Below, piece after piece: positions 23,069-33,379 of a stretch of DNA of 64,000 bases. Every line of letters begins with the position of its first letter. The first letter of the stretch is position 1. The translations under genes and the position numbers were made by a program. Origin of the DNA: Histomonas meleagridis 2922-C6/04-290x (taxonomy: Eukaryota; Protista; Parabasalia); contig JAANOX010000032.1 of NCBI GenBank assembly GCA_020184695.1, positions 186,001-250,000 of the forward strand. The letters are read 5' to 3'. The notes beneath the pieces are model-generated. The model made no database searches. It saw only the letters and a program-made list of their open reading frames with translations, and had not been told where the DNA came from.

Positions 23069-23629
23069 TTAAAGAAATCTGATCACCCAATTGAATGCAT
23101 CTTGATACCCATATTTTTCCTTAAGAGAACACATGAAAAGACGTATTGGCCTAGTCCCAGGTTGAATCGTTGTTGTGTTGATGGGTGTAATGATTTTGGA
23201 TATTCCAAGTGATTTTATAATTTCAAGTTCTGAAACAGATTCTGGTTTATCAATTTTATTTCCAAGAACAAGAACTGGAACTTCCCTAGCCGCATCGTCT
23301 AGGATTCTATTCAACTCTTTTTTTGCATCTTTAAATGTAGAAGGATCTGATGCATCTACAAGAAACACAATTAAATTCTTTCCAAGAAAATGTTGACTCA
23401 CATTTGTAAATGGAATCCAAAGGTCTCCTATGTTGTAAGCAGTAAAATTTATGTTTTTAATGGTGAATTCATAATTATAAGTGTAAATGAAATCAAATGT
23501 ACATGTAAGAGATTGTAGGAGGCTTGTTTTTCCAGAGCCTTCGAGGCCACATACTAGTACCTTTGCTGTTTTATTTCTTAATCCAATCCACTCAAGGATT
23601 CCTTTGAAGCATCCCAAAACCCAATTCAT
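23069..23629 (-). CDS. Divergent Sar1-like GTPase
   Basis: Amphipathic N-helix (WVLGCFKGILEWIGL), GLEGSGKTS, FLVDASD, VLVLGNKID, RPIRLFMCS; switch regions are atypical. Confidence 0.85.
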   Translation of the reverse strand: MNWVLGCFKGILEWIGLRNKTAKVLVCGLEGSGKTSLLQSLTCTFDFIYTYNYEFTIKNINFTAYNIGDLWIPFTNVSQHFLGKNLIVFLVDASDPSTFKDAKKELNRILDDAAREVPVLVLGNKIDKPESVSELEIIKSLGISKIITPINTTTIQPGTRPIRLFMCSLKEKYGYQDAFNWVIRFL

Positions 23630-24258
23630 CGTAAAATATTGAATAGTTTATTAAAAACGGTGCGATTTAACATTTTTTACAAGCATAATTTTAGGTAAAT
23701 AAGGTCTTACAGACATTGATTTATATAATTCTTTCTTTACTTTATCATGTTGTTTCGTTGGAGTGGATATTCAGTCCACTTCTTTTTTAAAATTTTTCCT
23801 TATTATATCATTTGTTTTACTTTACTTAAAAAAAAAGCAAAAATCAAATAGGTTTATTTGATCTTGACATATTATATATTATGTACATTGGAAAAAAATC
23901 ATTTCTTTTATTTTTAGTTTAATCTGATGTTCAACATCTAAAATAAAAAAACAAGCGTTAAGTATAAATTGTATAAAATATCAACTAGTTTTTATAAAAT
24001 CATTCTTTCGTTTGAAGAAATAATTTCAAAAAACTGTTTATAAAATTATTGAATGCGTCATTCTTTAACCTTTTAAAGGTTTTGCCCCATAACCCTTTTT
24101 TGAAAAATTATTCAATTAGATGTGATCGCTTTTTATCCCGCCATTGTTTTCAATTGCTACCAGATTTGAGGATTGTGCGCAAAAACCGCTTTTTTTCAGT
24201 GCTGAAAATTTAATTTTCAATATAACCGCTATTCCGAGGAAAAGTCCGTTTTGTTCAA

Positions 24259-27200
24259 ATGTCAAACACAAAGATGTCATCACCAGGGGATTCTGATGCA
24301 CTTCTTGCAAAATTACCACCTTTTGTGACATCTTCTCTGCCAACAAGTAAGCCGTCTGATGAAAAGGTTGAAGAAATGATTAAAGATCTTTTGGACGACC
24401 TTGATCTCAATGAGCAAAAGCGAGCACCACTCGAACAGAAGGACGTGGATCAAAAATGGCAATTCATTGTACTCCAACATATGAGAGATAGTCAAACACC
24501 AGATCCAAAAGCTCTCCTCAATTTATTAAGACACAAAATCACGCCCAAACTTTTAGAATCTCTTTCTGTCAATCTTTCTACATCAAGAATCACATGGAGC
24601 CAAAAGTTTTTTGAAGCAGGAGGTCATTTATACCTTCTTCAATTACTTTCACAAGTATCATCAAGAATTTCACAATACGAAGAACTCACGAAGACAGGTG
24701 GACAAATTCTTTTAAATCTTCTTGTATGTGTTCGTGACATATGTAATTCAGGAAGTGGTGCAAGATTAGTTACTGCTTATCCAGATGCCCTTCCAATGAT
24801 CATAAACTCATTTTTCCCTCCAATTCCACGAACCATTGATATGGTTTTAGAAATTTCGTTAGCATATCTTTTCACCCCACAAACATATAAGAATTATAGT
24901 GTTGCTAGAATCATCCGTATTATTCTTGAATCATTTATGAACCTTAAGCGTGAGCATAAAGGATGGAAGAACCTCACAGCTGCAGTTTTAGGAAATCCAA
25001 CGGCCAACTTTCTATCGTCTCTATCGTCATTTTTAAACGGTTTCTATATGAAACTTTCCGATTATCCCTCATTTAAATTTGATTGGATTCAACAAATTGA
25101 AAAAGCAGGTCTTATAGGTGCACTTAAGAAAGTAAACAATAATGTTGGTATTCGTTCATTAATACCTACACTTGAAGAAGATATTCAATTTATCAAGCAA
25201 CTTTTTGTTAACAAATATATTAACCCATATAATCATAAGACTATTTATGAATTAACGATGCGAGCATGTGAACCATCATATTTATATAACAACTTTATGC
25301 TTGGATTATTTGATTTATCACTTAAATATCCCGAAGTCTTTAAACAAACAATGATTTATTATTATAATTCATTAAACATTTTACGTATATATACAGCATC
25401 AAATCAACTTGATAAATGTCCACATGCATTTCAAGCTGCACGTAATTTGAAGAGGCCAATTAAATTAAGTTTAGCACCTGATAATTACATTACAACAGAC
25501 TTAAGTAAGATGATGTTTGCAGTGGATGCAGACTTAGCAACACAGAAAGTTGGGCAAATCATTGGATCTGCTGCTGGTGCTTCACATATGGATGATAATC
25601 AACAAGAAGATGATAAAAATGCACAAGGTGCTGCGCCTTCACAAATGCAAGAAATAATTGATGACTACGAAGCTAAAATGAAGCAATTAACAATGCAAAT
25701 CGATAACCTTAAAATTAGTTGCCAACTTGCTTTAGAAGGTAAAGAGAAAGAAGCACAAAAGAATGAGGAACTTATGAAACAACTTCAACAAGCTAAAGCT
25801 AATCCAGTTACTGTTACAGTTACTAAAGAAGTTGCTGCTCCTTCTTCATCAAGCGAAGGTGGTAATGACAGCGAAATGGTGAAGAAGTTATCTGATTACG
25901 TCGAAGCCCGTGATAAGGAAATCGATCAATTAAAGAAAGAAATAGCTGAATTAAAGGCTAACGCTGGTAGTGGCGGCGGCGAATCTGAACCACCCCCACC
26001 GCCCCCACCGCCCCCACCGCCCCCTCCACCACCAGGCGGTGATGCGCCCCCTCCTCCACCCCCACCACCGCCTCCTCCACCACCCCCAGGTGCTCCCGGG
26101 GCACCCCCACCCCCGCCCCCAGGTGCACCCCCACCACCGGGTGCCCCACCCGCAGGGCCACCCCCTAAGCCAAATCCAAAACCTCCCAAACCGCTTCGAA
26201 ATCTTTATTGGGACAAAATCCCAGATATCTCAGTCAAAGACACAGTATGGGAAGACATTGATGACAGCCAAATCAAGATTGATACCGACAAGATTATTGA
26301 ATTATTTGCATCAGCGCCACCTAAGCAACCCGCCAAGAAACAAGCAGCCGAATCAGCAGCATCACCACCACGTCCTAAGACTGTTGATTTATTAGAGCCA
26401 AATCGTTCCAAGAACATAGCAATTATGGTATCACGATTCCGTCGACCTAATTCACAAGTTGCAGATGAGATTCGACGTTTAGATGATGCACTTACCGAAG
26501 ATGAAATCCAATCCTTACGCTCCAATGCTCCTACAGCCGAAGAAATCCAAACAGTTCAATCATATGATGGCGATCCATCCTTATTAGGCAAGTCTGAGCA
26601 ATTTATCTTAGCCATTAGTAACATCAAGATGCTTCAACTTCATTTAGACTTCTTATACTTACGTAAGACATTTGAGAGTCAAATGAAAGATGTCGAACTC
26701 CCAATCAAGTACATATTAGACTCATTAAAGGCGATTGACAAATCGAAGCGCTTACATGACTTGTTAGCCTTATTGTTACGTATTGGCAACATCTGTAATG
26801 GCGGCACTATGCGTGGCGGTGCGTATGGGTATAAGTTCAGTTTCATTGATAAAGTCCGTGAAACACGTACACAAGTTCCCGGGTATTTATTGACGAATTA
26901 CATTGCTGACGTATTCCCAGTCGATCAATTGTATTCCGAATTAGAGGTACTCAAGAAAGGACTTACAGTCGATTTGGATACTACACGAAAATCATTTAAA
27001 CAAATCGAGATGACATTCAACAAGTTAAACAACGCGATGCCACAAGCAGAGAAGTTAATTATGGAGAATTATAACTTATTCCCACAGTTTAATAAGTTCA
27101 AACAAGATAATGAAAAGAGAATTCAAGCACAAAACCCATTGTTCGATAAAATCGATAAGAAATATAAATCGTTGGTGAAGGAATACGGTGAAGATCCTGA

Positions 27201-27534
27201 GCAAATGCAAATCGCAGACTTCTTTAATGTGTTCCTGAAATTGGCTGAATCTTTGATGAACGCAAAGAAAGAAAATGAAAAGAAGAAACAAGACGAAGAA
27301 AGAGCCGCGAAAAAGGCAACCTCTCCAATGCATGGGCCTGGTCAACATGGGCCTTCAATTAGCGCTGCTGACCCAAGACGTGGTGTGTTGGATGAACTAA
27401 TGCAAACTTTACAAAATGGACCTGCACAATTAAGAAAAGTGAGTAGACCACCCCCAGGGGCACCCCGACAGCCACAGAATCCTCAAGCAAATGACTTAGC
27501 AGCAGCTTTTGCAAAGGTGAAAAGATCTGGTTAA
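24259..27534 (+). CDS. Diaphanous-related formin (GBD/FH3-FH1-FH2-DAD/WH2-like tail)
   Basis: GBD-like N-terminus, polyproline FH1 (25980-26190), FH2 (LRNLYWDKI, KNIAIM, GNICNGG.RGGAYGYK). Confidence 0.95.
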   Translation: MSNTKMSSPGDSDALLAKLPPFVTSSLPTSKPSDEKVEEMIKDLLDDLDLNEQKRAPLEQKDVDQKWQFIVLQHMRDSQTPDPKALLNLLRHKITPKLLESLSVNLSTSRITWSQKFFEAGGHLYLLQLLSQVSSRISQYEELTKTGGQILLNLLVCVRDICNSGSGARLVTAYPDALPMIINSFFPPIPRTIDMVLEISLAYLFTPQTYKNYSVARIIRIILESFMNLKREHKGWKNLTAAVLGNPTANFLSSLSSFLNGFYMKLSDYPSFKFDWIQQIEKAGLIGALKKVNNNVGIRSLIPTLEEDIQFIKQLFVNKYINPYNHKTIYELTMRACEPSYLYNNFMLGLFDLSLKYPEVFKQTMIYYYNSLNILRIYTASNQLDKCPHAFQAARNLKRPIKLSLAPDNYITTDLSKMMFAVDADLATQKVGQIIGSAAGASHMDDNQQEDDKNAQGAAPSQMQEIIDDYEAKMKQLTMQIDNLKISCQLALEGKEKEAQKNEELMKQLQQAKANPVTVTVTKEVAAPSSSSEGGNDSEMVKKLSDYVEARDKEIDQLKKEIAELKANAGSGGGESEPPPPPPPPPPPPPPPGGDAPPPPPPPPPPPPPPGAPGAPPPPPPGAPPPPGAPPAGPPPKPNPKPPKPLRNLYWDKIPDISVKDTVWEDIDDSQIKIDTDKIIELFASAPPKQPAKKQAAESAASPPRPKTVDLLEPNRSKNIAIMVSRFRRPNSQVADEIRRLDDALTEDEIQSLRSNAPTAEEIQTVQSYDGDPSLLGKSEQFILAISNIKMLQLHLDFLYLRKTFESQMKDVELPIKYILDSLKAIDKSKRLHDLLALLLRIGNICNGGTMRGGAYGYKFSFIDKVRETRTQVPGYLLTNYIADVFPVDQLYSELEVLKKGLTVDLDTTRKSFKQIEMTFNKLNNAMPQAEKLIMENYNLFPQFNKFKQDNEKRIQAQNPLFDKIDKKYKSLVKEYGEDPEQMQIADFFNVFLKLAESLMNAKKENEKKKQDEERAAKKATSPMHGPGQHGPSISAADPRRGVLDELMQTLQNGPAQLRKVSRPPPGAPRQPQNPQANDLAAAFAKVKRSG

Positions 27535-27719
27535 ATAATAAAAAGTAATATTCAGTGATTTATGTTTCTTTTGTGCTAAAACGTTTTAGCAAATTTTTAA
27601 AAAAATGTAATTGTGTCAAAATATAAACTTTGAAGAGATCTCAAGTGATCAATGGTACACTTTATTTCCTTTGAAAGATAAATGACTTGAAATGAGAGAA
27701 TCATTCTCTATGTACCCAC

Positions 27720-27720
<1 letters not shown>

Positions 27721-27750
<30 letters not shown>
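27721..27750 (+). repeat. Poly(A) tract, 30 nt
   Basis: Uninterrupted A30 read directly from the sequence. Confidence 0.95.
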
Positions 27751-27752
<2 letters not shown>

Positions 27753-28204
27753 AATAAAAAAAACGAAGAATAAAGTATGTATACAGACACCTTATAATAA
27801 CCCACGCCTACACTGTAGTATTATTTATAGAGAACATATTTAGTAATATATATTTAATAAATTTTTTTTCGATTTAATTTTGTAATTTTCGCAATATTCC
27901 TATTTTTCACTCACTTCACTAAGGAGAACGTTTACACAAAAAATATTTTTTTGCATATTTTAATTTATTAATTCAGATTTTTAGGACTGAATATATGTTA
28001 AAATTTCTATTTGCTAACAAATTATATAAAAATTTATGGTTTATCTGTTGTCGATCTACAGGTTTTTCACGGCAGTTTATATAAAGGATTTCTGTCCACT
28101 TCAGTTTATCTCAAAATATTAATACAACAATTTTCACAGATTAAGACAAATGTTTCGAATAAAATACTTTTAATATAAAAATGCTCATAAACAAAATCAT
28201 CTGA

Positions 28205-29740
28205 TCAGAATGCCGATGGCCTTGTGTCTATTTTTGAGTCATTGAACAGCTTCTTCCACGCCAGCAATGCAAACGACAAAAGGATTATTGTCGGGAAAAG
28301 GGTCGCCACAGATGAAATCATTTTGAACATCCTCGACGAAATAGTCTTTGTCTGACAGAGTTCTCCGGTCCAACTATCAAAGCATTTACATTTATTCATT
28401 ACAATAGTTCCATGTTGAGAACATTTTTCATTTCGTATTGAATCTGCCCAATTCTCAATAATACTAATGATACCACTTCTGAAGGTCGATATTTCTTGTG
28501 TTTCATTCCCTATGAGTGTGTATAGCTCGTCATTATATAATTCTTCTGATGTCGATTTAATTATGAAATCATTCTCTATATTGTCGACAAAATGAAACCG
28601 CTCTGATTCAATGTCAATAGTGCTCTGTGATAATATAGTTGATGATGCACCTTTTTCCAAATTTCCATTTAATATATTAAATGAATTAATATTTGGAGCA
28701 ACTTTATCGATTTGAAATGCTGTGCTACATAAATTATTATAATATGTCTCATTTAATGAGCGAGATCTGAGATAATATTGTGAATTATAAACATTAAAAC
28801 TTCCAATTTGATTGCACTTAATGTAAAGTAGTGAACGCATATCTTTCACATCACATGTCGCAGATGCGGCGGTTTGCGGATCAAAAGAGTTAACGTTCAT
28901 GCCATATTGGTTTAAGGTTTTCTTGAACATATAAATCAATGATTCTTCATTTGGTTCGAACTTTTGGCCGATGCAATACTCGGTAAGGAGATGTGTACTT
29001 CTATTAGTTTCAGTACGTGCCATTAAACCAAACAATTCAGCCACCTCATACAAAAATGAATTAGAATTGGCACTCTCGGCAAACCCAAACGAACGCTTAA
29101 CACGGATCTGTGATTGAGAGTCGCCGTAAGTGAAAATCGCTTCAAATCTTTTCATTAATGAAACAGTGGCATCGTAACAATTTTGTGATTGGCTTGTGAG
29201 CTTGCTGATAATGTTTTTATCTATTTGATCATTGTATGAAATCAGTGAAAGTGGTGCAGATGATGCCCATACTGCATCAACATAATTTGGATAATGAAGG
29301 CGAAACCATGTGGCAATGCTACCACCATAGCCTTTACCTACTATGATGACTTTTTTGACTTCGTAAAGATTTTTGAGATACTTTATAATATTTGCAAGAT
29401 CAGCAAGGTTTTGCTCAATGGTGTTGTACCTAAGGTTCTCTGTTGTAAGGGATTCATATGGATAAGATTTGCCAAAATAACGTGATTCTATTGCAATTAA
29501 TGTTGCAGATGTTTTATTGGCTATTTCATCAAGAGATGATGGAAATGGCCTCCCAATGTCAATTGATTCAAATCCTGTAAGATAAATAATTAATGTTTGA
29601 TATTTGACTTTTGCATGTCGAGTTTCAATTATAACTCTTTGATCAAACTTCAGATTTGATTCTGTATTAAAATGATCTATTAGTTGTTCAAATGTGCTTT
29701 CTGTAAATGCATTTATAAAGTAAAATAAGCACAAAAACAT
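28205..29740 (-). CDS. S28 serine carboxypeptidase-like type I membrane protein with EGF-like domain (probably inactive)
   Basis: ESRYFGKSYP, LRYNTIEQNLADLA, WFRLHYP...WASSAP; CSQHG...CKCFDSWTGELC; C-terminal TM. Start placed at MFLCLF (29740). Confidence 0.85.
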   Translation of the reverse strand: MFLCLFYFINAFTESTFEQLIDHFNTESNLKFDQRVIIETRHAKVKYQTLIIYLTGFESIDIGRPFPSSLDEIANKTSATLIAIESRYFGKSYPYESLTTENLRYNTIEQNLADLANIIKYLKNLYEVKKVIIVGKGYGGSIATWFRLHYPNYVDAVWASSAPLSLISYNDQIDKNIISKLTSQSQNCYDATVSLMKRFEAIFTYGDSQSQIRVKRSFGFAESANSNSFLYEVAELFGLMARTETNRSTHLLTEYCIGQKFEPNEESLIYMFKKTLNQYGMNVNSFDPQTAASATCDVKDMRSLLYIKCNQIGSFNVYNSQYYLRSRSLNETYYNNLCSTAFQIDKVAPNINSFNILNGNLEKGASSTILSQSTIDIESERFHFVDNIENDFIIKSTSEELYNDELYTLIGNETQEISTFRSGIISIIENWADSIRNEKCSQHGTIVMNKCKCFDSWTGELCQTKTISSRMFKMISSVATLFPTIILLSFALLAWKKLFNDSKIDTRPSAF

Positions 29741-30382
29741 TATAAACGATATTGAATACCATCGGTTGAAGAAATTGAGAAACTTTGTCAAAATATAAAA
29801 CGAGCAAACATTCAATATATTAACGGTCGCTAAGTATCGTGTTGGTATATACGAATCATCATGGGAGTTGGTGAATGGGAGTCTGAAAATGCATGGCATG
29901 ACGTGATCATTTTTCAAAAGCGATTAGAAAAACGGAAGGCCCAGGAGAATATTATCTCTCATAGAAATAGTTATGATATTTTTGTATTCGATATTAAAAA
30001 TATTATATAATTAATTATTGTTTTCTCTAAGTGAATAAATAATATTATTCATTAAGATTTGAACAACTGAAAGGAAAGTGGATGTCTAATTTGCTCATTA
30101 AACAAATTTAGAGTTTTATCATAAATTTCACGAAATAAAAATAATATTTCTGCACGCACACTAACATAAAAGGTCATCCAAAATATGGAACATCAATTTT
30201 TATTATGTTTTTGAAAAGCAAAAAAGTCACTTTTACATAAAACAACTTTTTGTGATTACGATAGAAACCGTTCCGATAGGTTTTTAGTAGTCACTTTTTT
30301 AAAATGCCTTACCATTTTCTTTCATACGTGTTTGCTATATTTTTTGAATTTTGGGCGGCAATAAAAGTTTTTAATTTTTCAC

Positions 30383-31524
30383 TCACAAGTCAAGACTACC
30401 TGAGTCTGTCCTCGTGGCCACAATTTTGTGATCAAAGAGCACATAGAAATGTGATGTGACATAGGGCTGTAGCCGGAGAACGTTAAATAGGAAATGACGC
30501 AGTGGAGATTGGACACCATCAGCATCGGCATTGGTATGAAATTTTTCAATAATAGCATTAAAGTATATATATCTTGTTTCAATCTTATTGTCCGGAACAT
30601 ATTCTATTAATTTATATTGACCAGGATTATCTGTTAAGATTATTATCCATGGAACCATAGATCCTTTACGAAACAAAGCTTCAGCATTACTTAAGTCAAG
30701 ATCTGGACGAAACCAATCAACAAACTTGAAGTTAAAAATCAAATCTTTTGCAAAAGTTATTACACTTTTCTCAAATCCAAAGAAGGAACAAAACATATAA
30801 AACTCTTCATACCTTAGTGTGTCATTCTTACTGAAGATGGACAATAATTTACGGAGATTCCTTTCAATATCATCAGTTAAAAAATCAGCAAAACCTGATA
30901 AATAATTTATGACTTGTTGAACAGGTGCAACCCCTACATGTGGAGCAAACCTATTCCAATTTTTTAAGACTTTCTTACTAAATTTTAATATTGATTCATC
31001 ATCCAAAAATTGTCTTTTATTGTATAAAAGAATGCTATTCATGCTTAAAGGATCCTTGTCTGTCAAATTATTAAGGTCTTGAAAAATATTTTTTTCGTTT
31101 TCAATTTTTTTTTGAAATTGTCGAATATCATTTAATGTTATTGATGGAGAAAAATAATTTATTTTGTTGGTTCGATACGTCCATCTTTCTAAGTTTTTCA
31201 AGTTTGGGGTTTTCTTAATCTAATCTGCGATCCTTTTAATGTTTCAAAATAATATAAGCTAAAGTTCTTATTCATTGTGTTTTTCTTTATTCCAAGAAAT
31301 GTACTTAAAATATTCGAATTGCAAATAAAGCCTTCAGAATTTTCATCCCATGAAACGCCAATATTCGAAATTTCATCTGGATTTTCTTTTGTGTAATTAA
31401 GAAGAAGAAAAACTTTTTCAATAAATCTTAACTTTTTATCATTTTTTATATTATTTAGAACTGTGCTTTCACTGTTTATTTTGGGATTGGAAGTAAGCAT
31501 AATATATACAAATAGCATTTGCAT
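30383..31524 (-). CDS. Initiator-binding-domain (IBD/IBP39-family) protein split by a -1 frameshift near 31200
   Basis: RFIEKVFLLLNY...IGVSW...FICNSNILSTFLGIKKNTMNKNF is an IBD signature; it continues in the -1 frame as LKNLERWTY. May be a pseudogene or an indel error. Confidence 0.7.
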
Positions 31525-31587
31525 TGATGTGATTTTCTTGATGGGAAATCAATAAATAAATTATAATAGAAATAAAAGTTCTCGAAA

Positions 31588-31667
31588 GTTCATCTGGCCG
31601 AGTGGTCCAAGGCGCTAGTTTAAGGCACTAGTCCGAGAGGGCGTGGGTTCGAACCCCACGGTGAACA
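31588..31667 (+). tRNA. tRNA-Leu(AAG)
   Basis: Acceptor GTTCATC/GGTGAAC, anticodon stem CTAGT/ACTAG with loop TTAAGGC, long variable arm, GTTCGAA, downstream T-run. Confidence 0.95.
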
Positions 31668-31870
31668 TTTTTTAATAATTTTCTTTTTTATTCATATCTG
31701 ATACTTTTGATAAATTTTTAAAATCTAACCAAAAAACCCAAACAAAGCGATTGATATTCTATACTATCAGATATAACATATTTTTGTTGAATCAAGTCAT
31801 AGAAGACCGCCAAACCGTCGTTTAAAAGACGTTAATAATTTTTTTATTGCGCTAACTCATTTTTAAACAA

Positions 31871-32611
31871 ATGGAAGGAGGATTTGATTTAAATGACAGA
31901 CTTCCATCAGAAACAGGGGAACGCCTAACAGTTAAAACAGATGACGCAATTACACCTGTTACAATTAAACAACTAATAGATGCAAATTTAGAACCAGGAA
32001 AAAACATTCTTATTGATGGTGTCCCTAGAAAACAAGTTAGCATTGTAGGGCTCATTGAAAGAGTTACAGATGATGCTATTGTATCATATTATGATGTGAA
32101 TGATTCTACTGGCATTTTTCAAGTTCAAGACTTTACCAAAGATATGGAAACCCTAACAGAGTCATTCCAGCAAGGAACATATGTTTCAATTGTTGGTAAG
32201 ATTTCGTTTTCTGATTCTGATCGACAACCAATAATTTCTGCATTTTCTGTTAAAAAAGTTGTTGATTTCAATCAAATACCATGCCATTTACTTCAAGCAT
32301 TGTTTGTTCACTTGCTAACTCTTCGTGGACTTCCATCAACATCTGCTTTTGAAATTAAGGGCAAATTATCACAAGGAAGCACTGTTAGTAGCTTAAAGCC
32401 AACTGAAGACAGTTCCTCGGAAGAAGTTTTGTGCAATGAGGTCCTTGAATTCCTCAGAATTAATAAGCAAATTGATGGAACTCCAAAGGAAGAAATTGTT
32501 TCACATCTAAGCTCAAGGTTCTCAATAGAAAATATTTCATCAGCATTATCTACACTGGAATATCGTGGTGAAATTTACACTTCAAGTCCAAACAGGTATG
32601 TAATTTGCTGA
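31871..32611 (+). CDS. RPA2: Replication protein A 32-kDa subunit
   Basis: PVTIKQL, OB fold (VSIVG...YDVNDSTG), FNQIPCHLLQALFVHL, C-terminal winged helix ending GEIYTS; Inr-like TCATTT at 31857. Confidence 0.85.
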   Translation: MEGGFDLNDRLPSETGERLTVKTDDAITPVTIKQLIDANLEPGKNILIDGVPRKQVSIVGLIERVTDDAIVSYYDVNDSTGIFQVQDFTKDMETLTESFQQGTYVSIVGKISFSDSDRQPIISAFSVKKVVDFNQIPCHLLQALFVHLLTLRGLPSTSAFEIKGKLSQGSTVSSLKPTEDSSSEEVLCNEVLEFLRINKQIDGTPKEEIVSHLSSRFSIENISSALSTLEYRGEIYTSSPNRYVIC

Positions 32612-33379
32612 ATAAATTTTTTTTATTGTAATTTCATTTTCTTTGAATGGACAAATATTAAAAACCACATCAATTATTTAAAACAGCATTTGTGCTTGCA
32701 TCTGAAATAAAGTATTCAGAAATAATTATAATGCTTAGTGAAAAAAAATTGTAAAATTAAAGTTTGTCAAAGCCAAAAAATTCATTGAGAAAAATTGAAT
32801 TAAGTTTTTCATTAACAAACTAAAATATTTATGTTTCAAATTATCGATGTTTATAGAAATTAAACATGACCTTGTAAAACAGGATATATTAAATTCGATG
32901 CAGTTAAAAAATGATTTGAAAAGTTTGTTGGTTTTCTTTTTTCAGGGTACCCCAAACAAGAACAGTCCAGAACCGGAAACGATTAAAAATAAAATAAAAA
33001 AAATTGTGTGATGTAAAAAAGACTTTTTCTGTGAAATATTTCATTGAAATTTTTGGCAACGGCAACGTCGTTTTCATTATCAAAGATTATTATGAAAATT
33101 TTTCATTTATTTTTATCATATGATTTACTCCATTCCTTTTTTCATGTCTCTTTTGTGTTTTGAGGAAATTTAATTCTTTCTTTAACTGAGAAAATCCTAA
33201 TTTTTGGTTAAAATCAAATGGCAATTTTGAGAAGAAGAAATACGATAGAAATTGTGTTAAACACTTCTGGAATTCAGAGTGGCATTCGGTGTCATGACCG
33301 TTTTGATAATCGATTTTTGAATAAATTACATAAATGTTTGAACGCTGTTTATTGAACAAAGTGCATTTTCAAAATCTTA

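Noticed and set aside
25926-26525. Gly-rich and His/Pro-rich ORFs overlapping the formin FH1
   Set aside because: Antisense and alternate-frame shadows of the CCN polyproline codons.
30157-30173. ACTAACATAAAAG resembling a parabasalid branch/3' splice motif
   Set aside because: Intergenic, wrong spacing, and no plus-strand gene or 5' splice site nearby.
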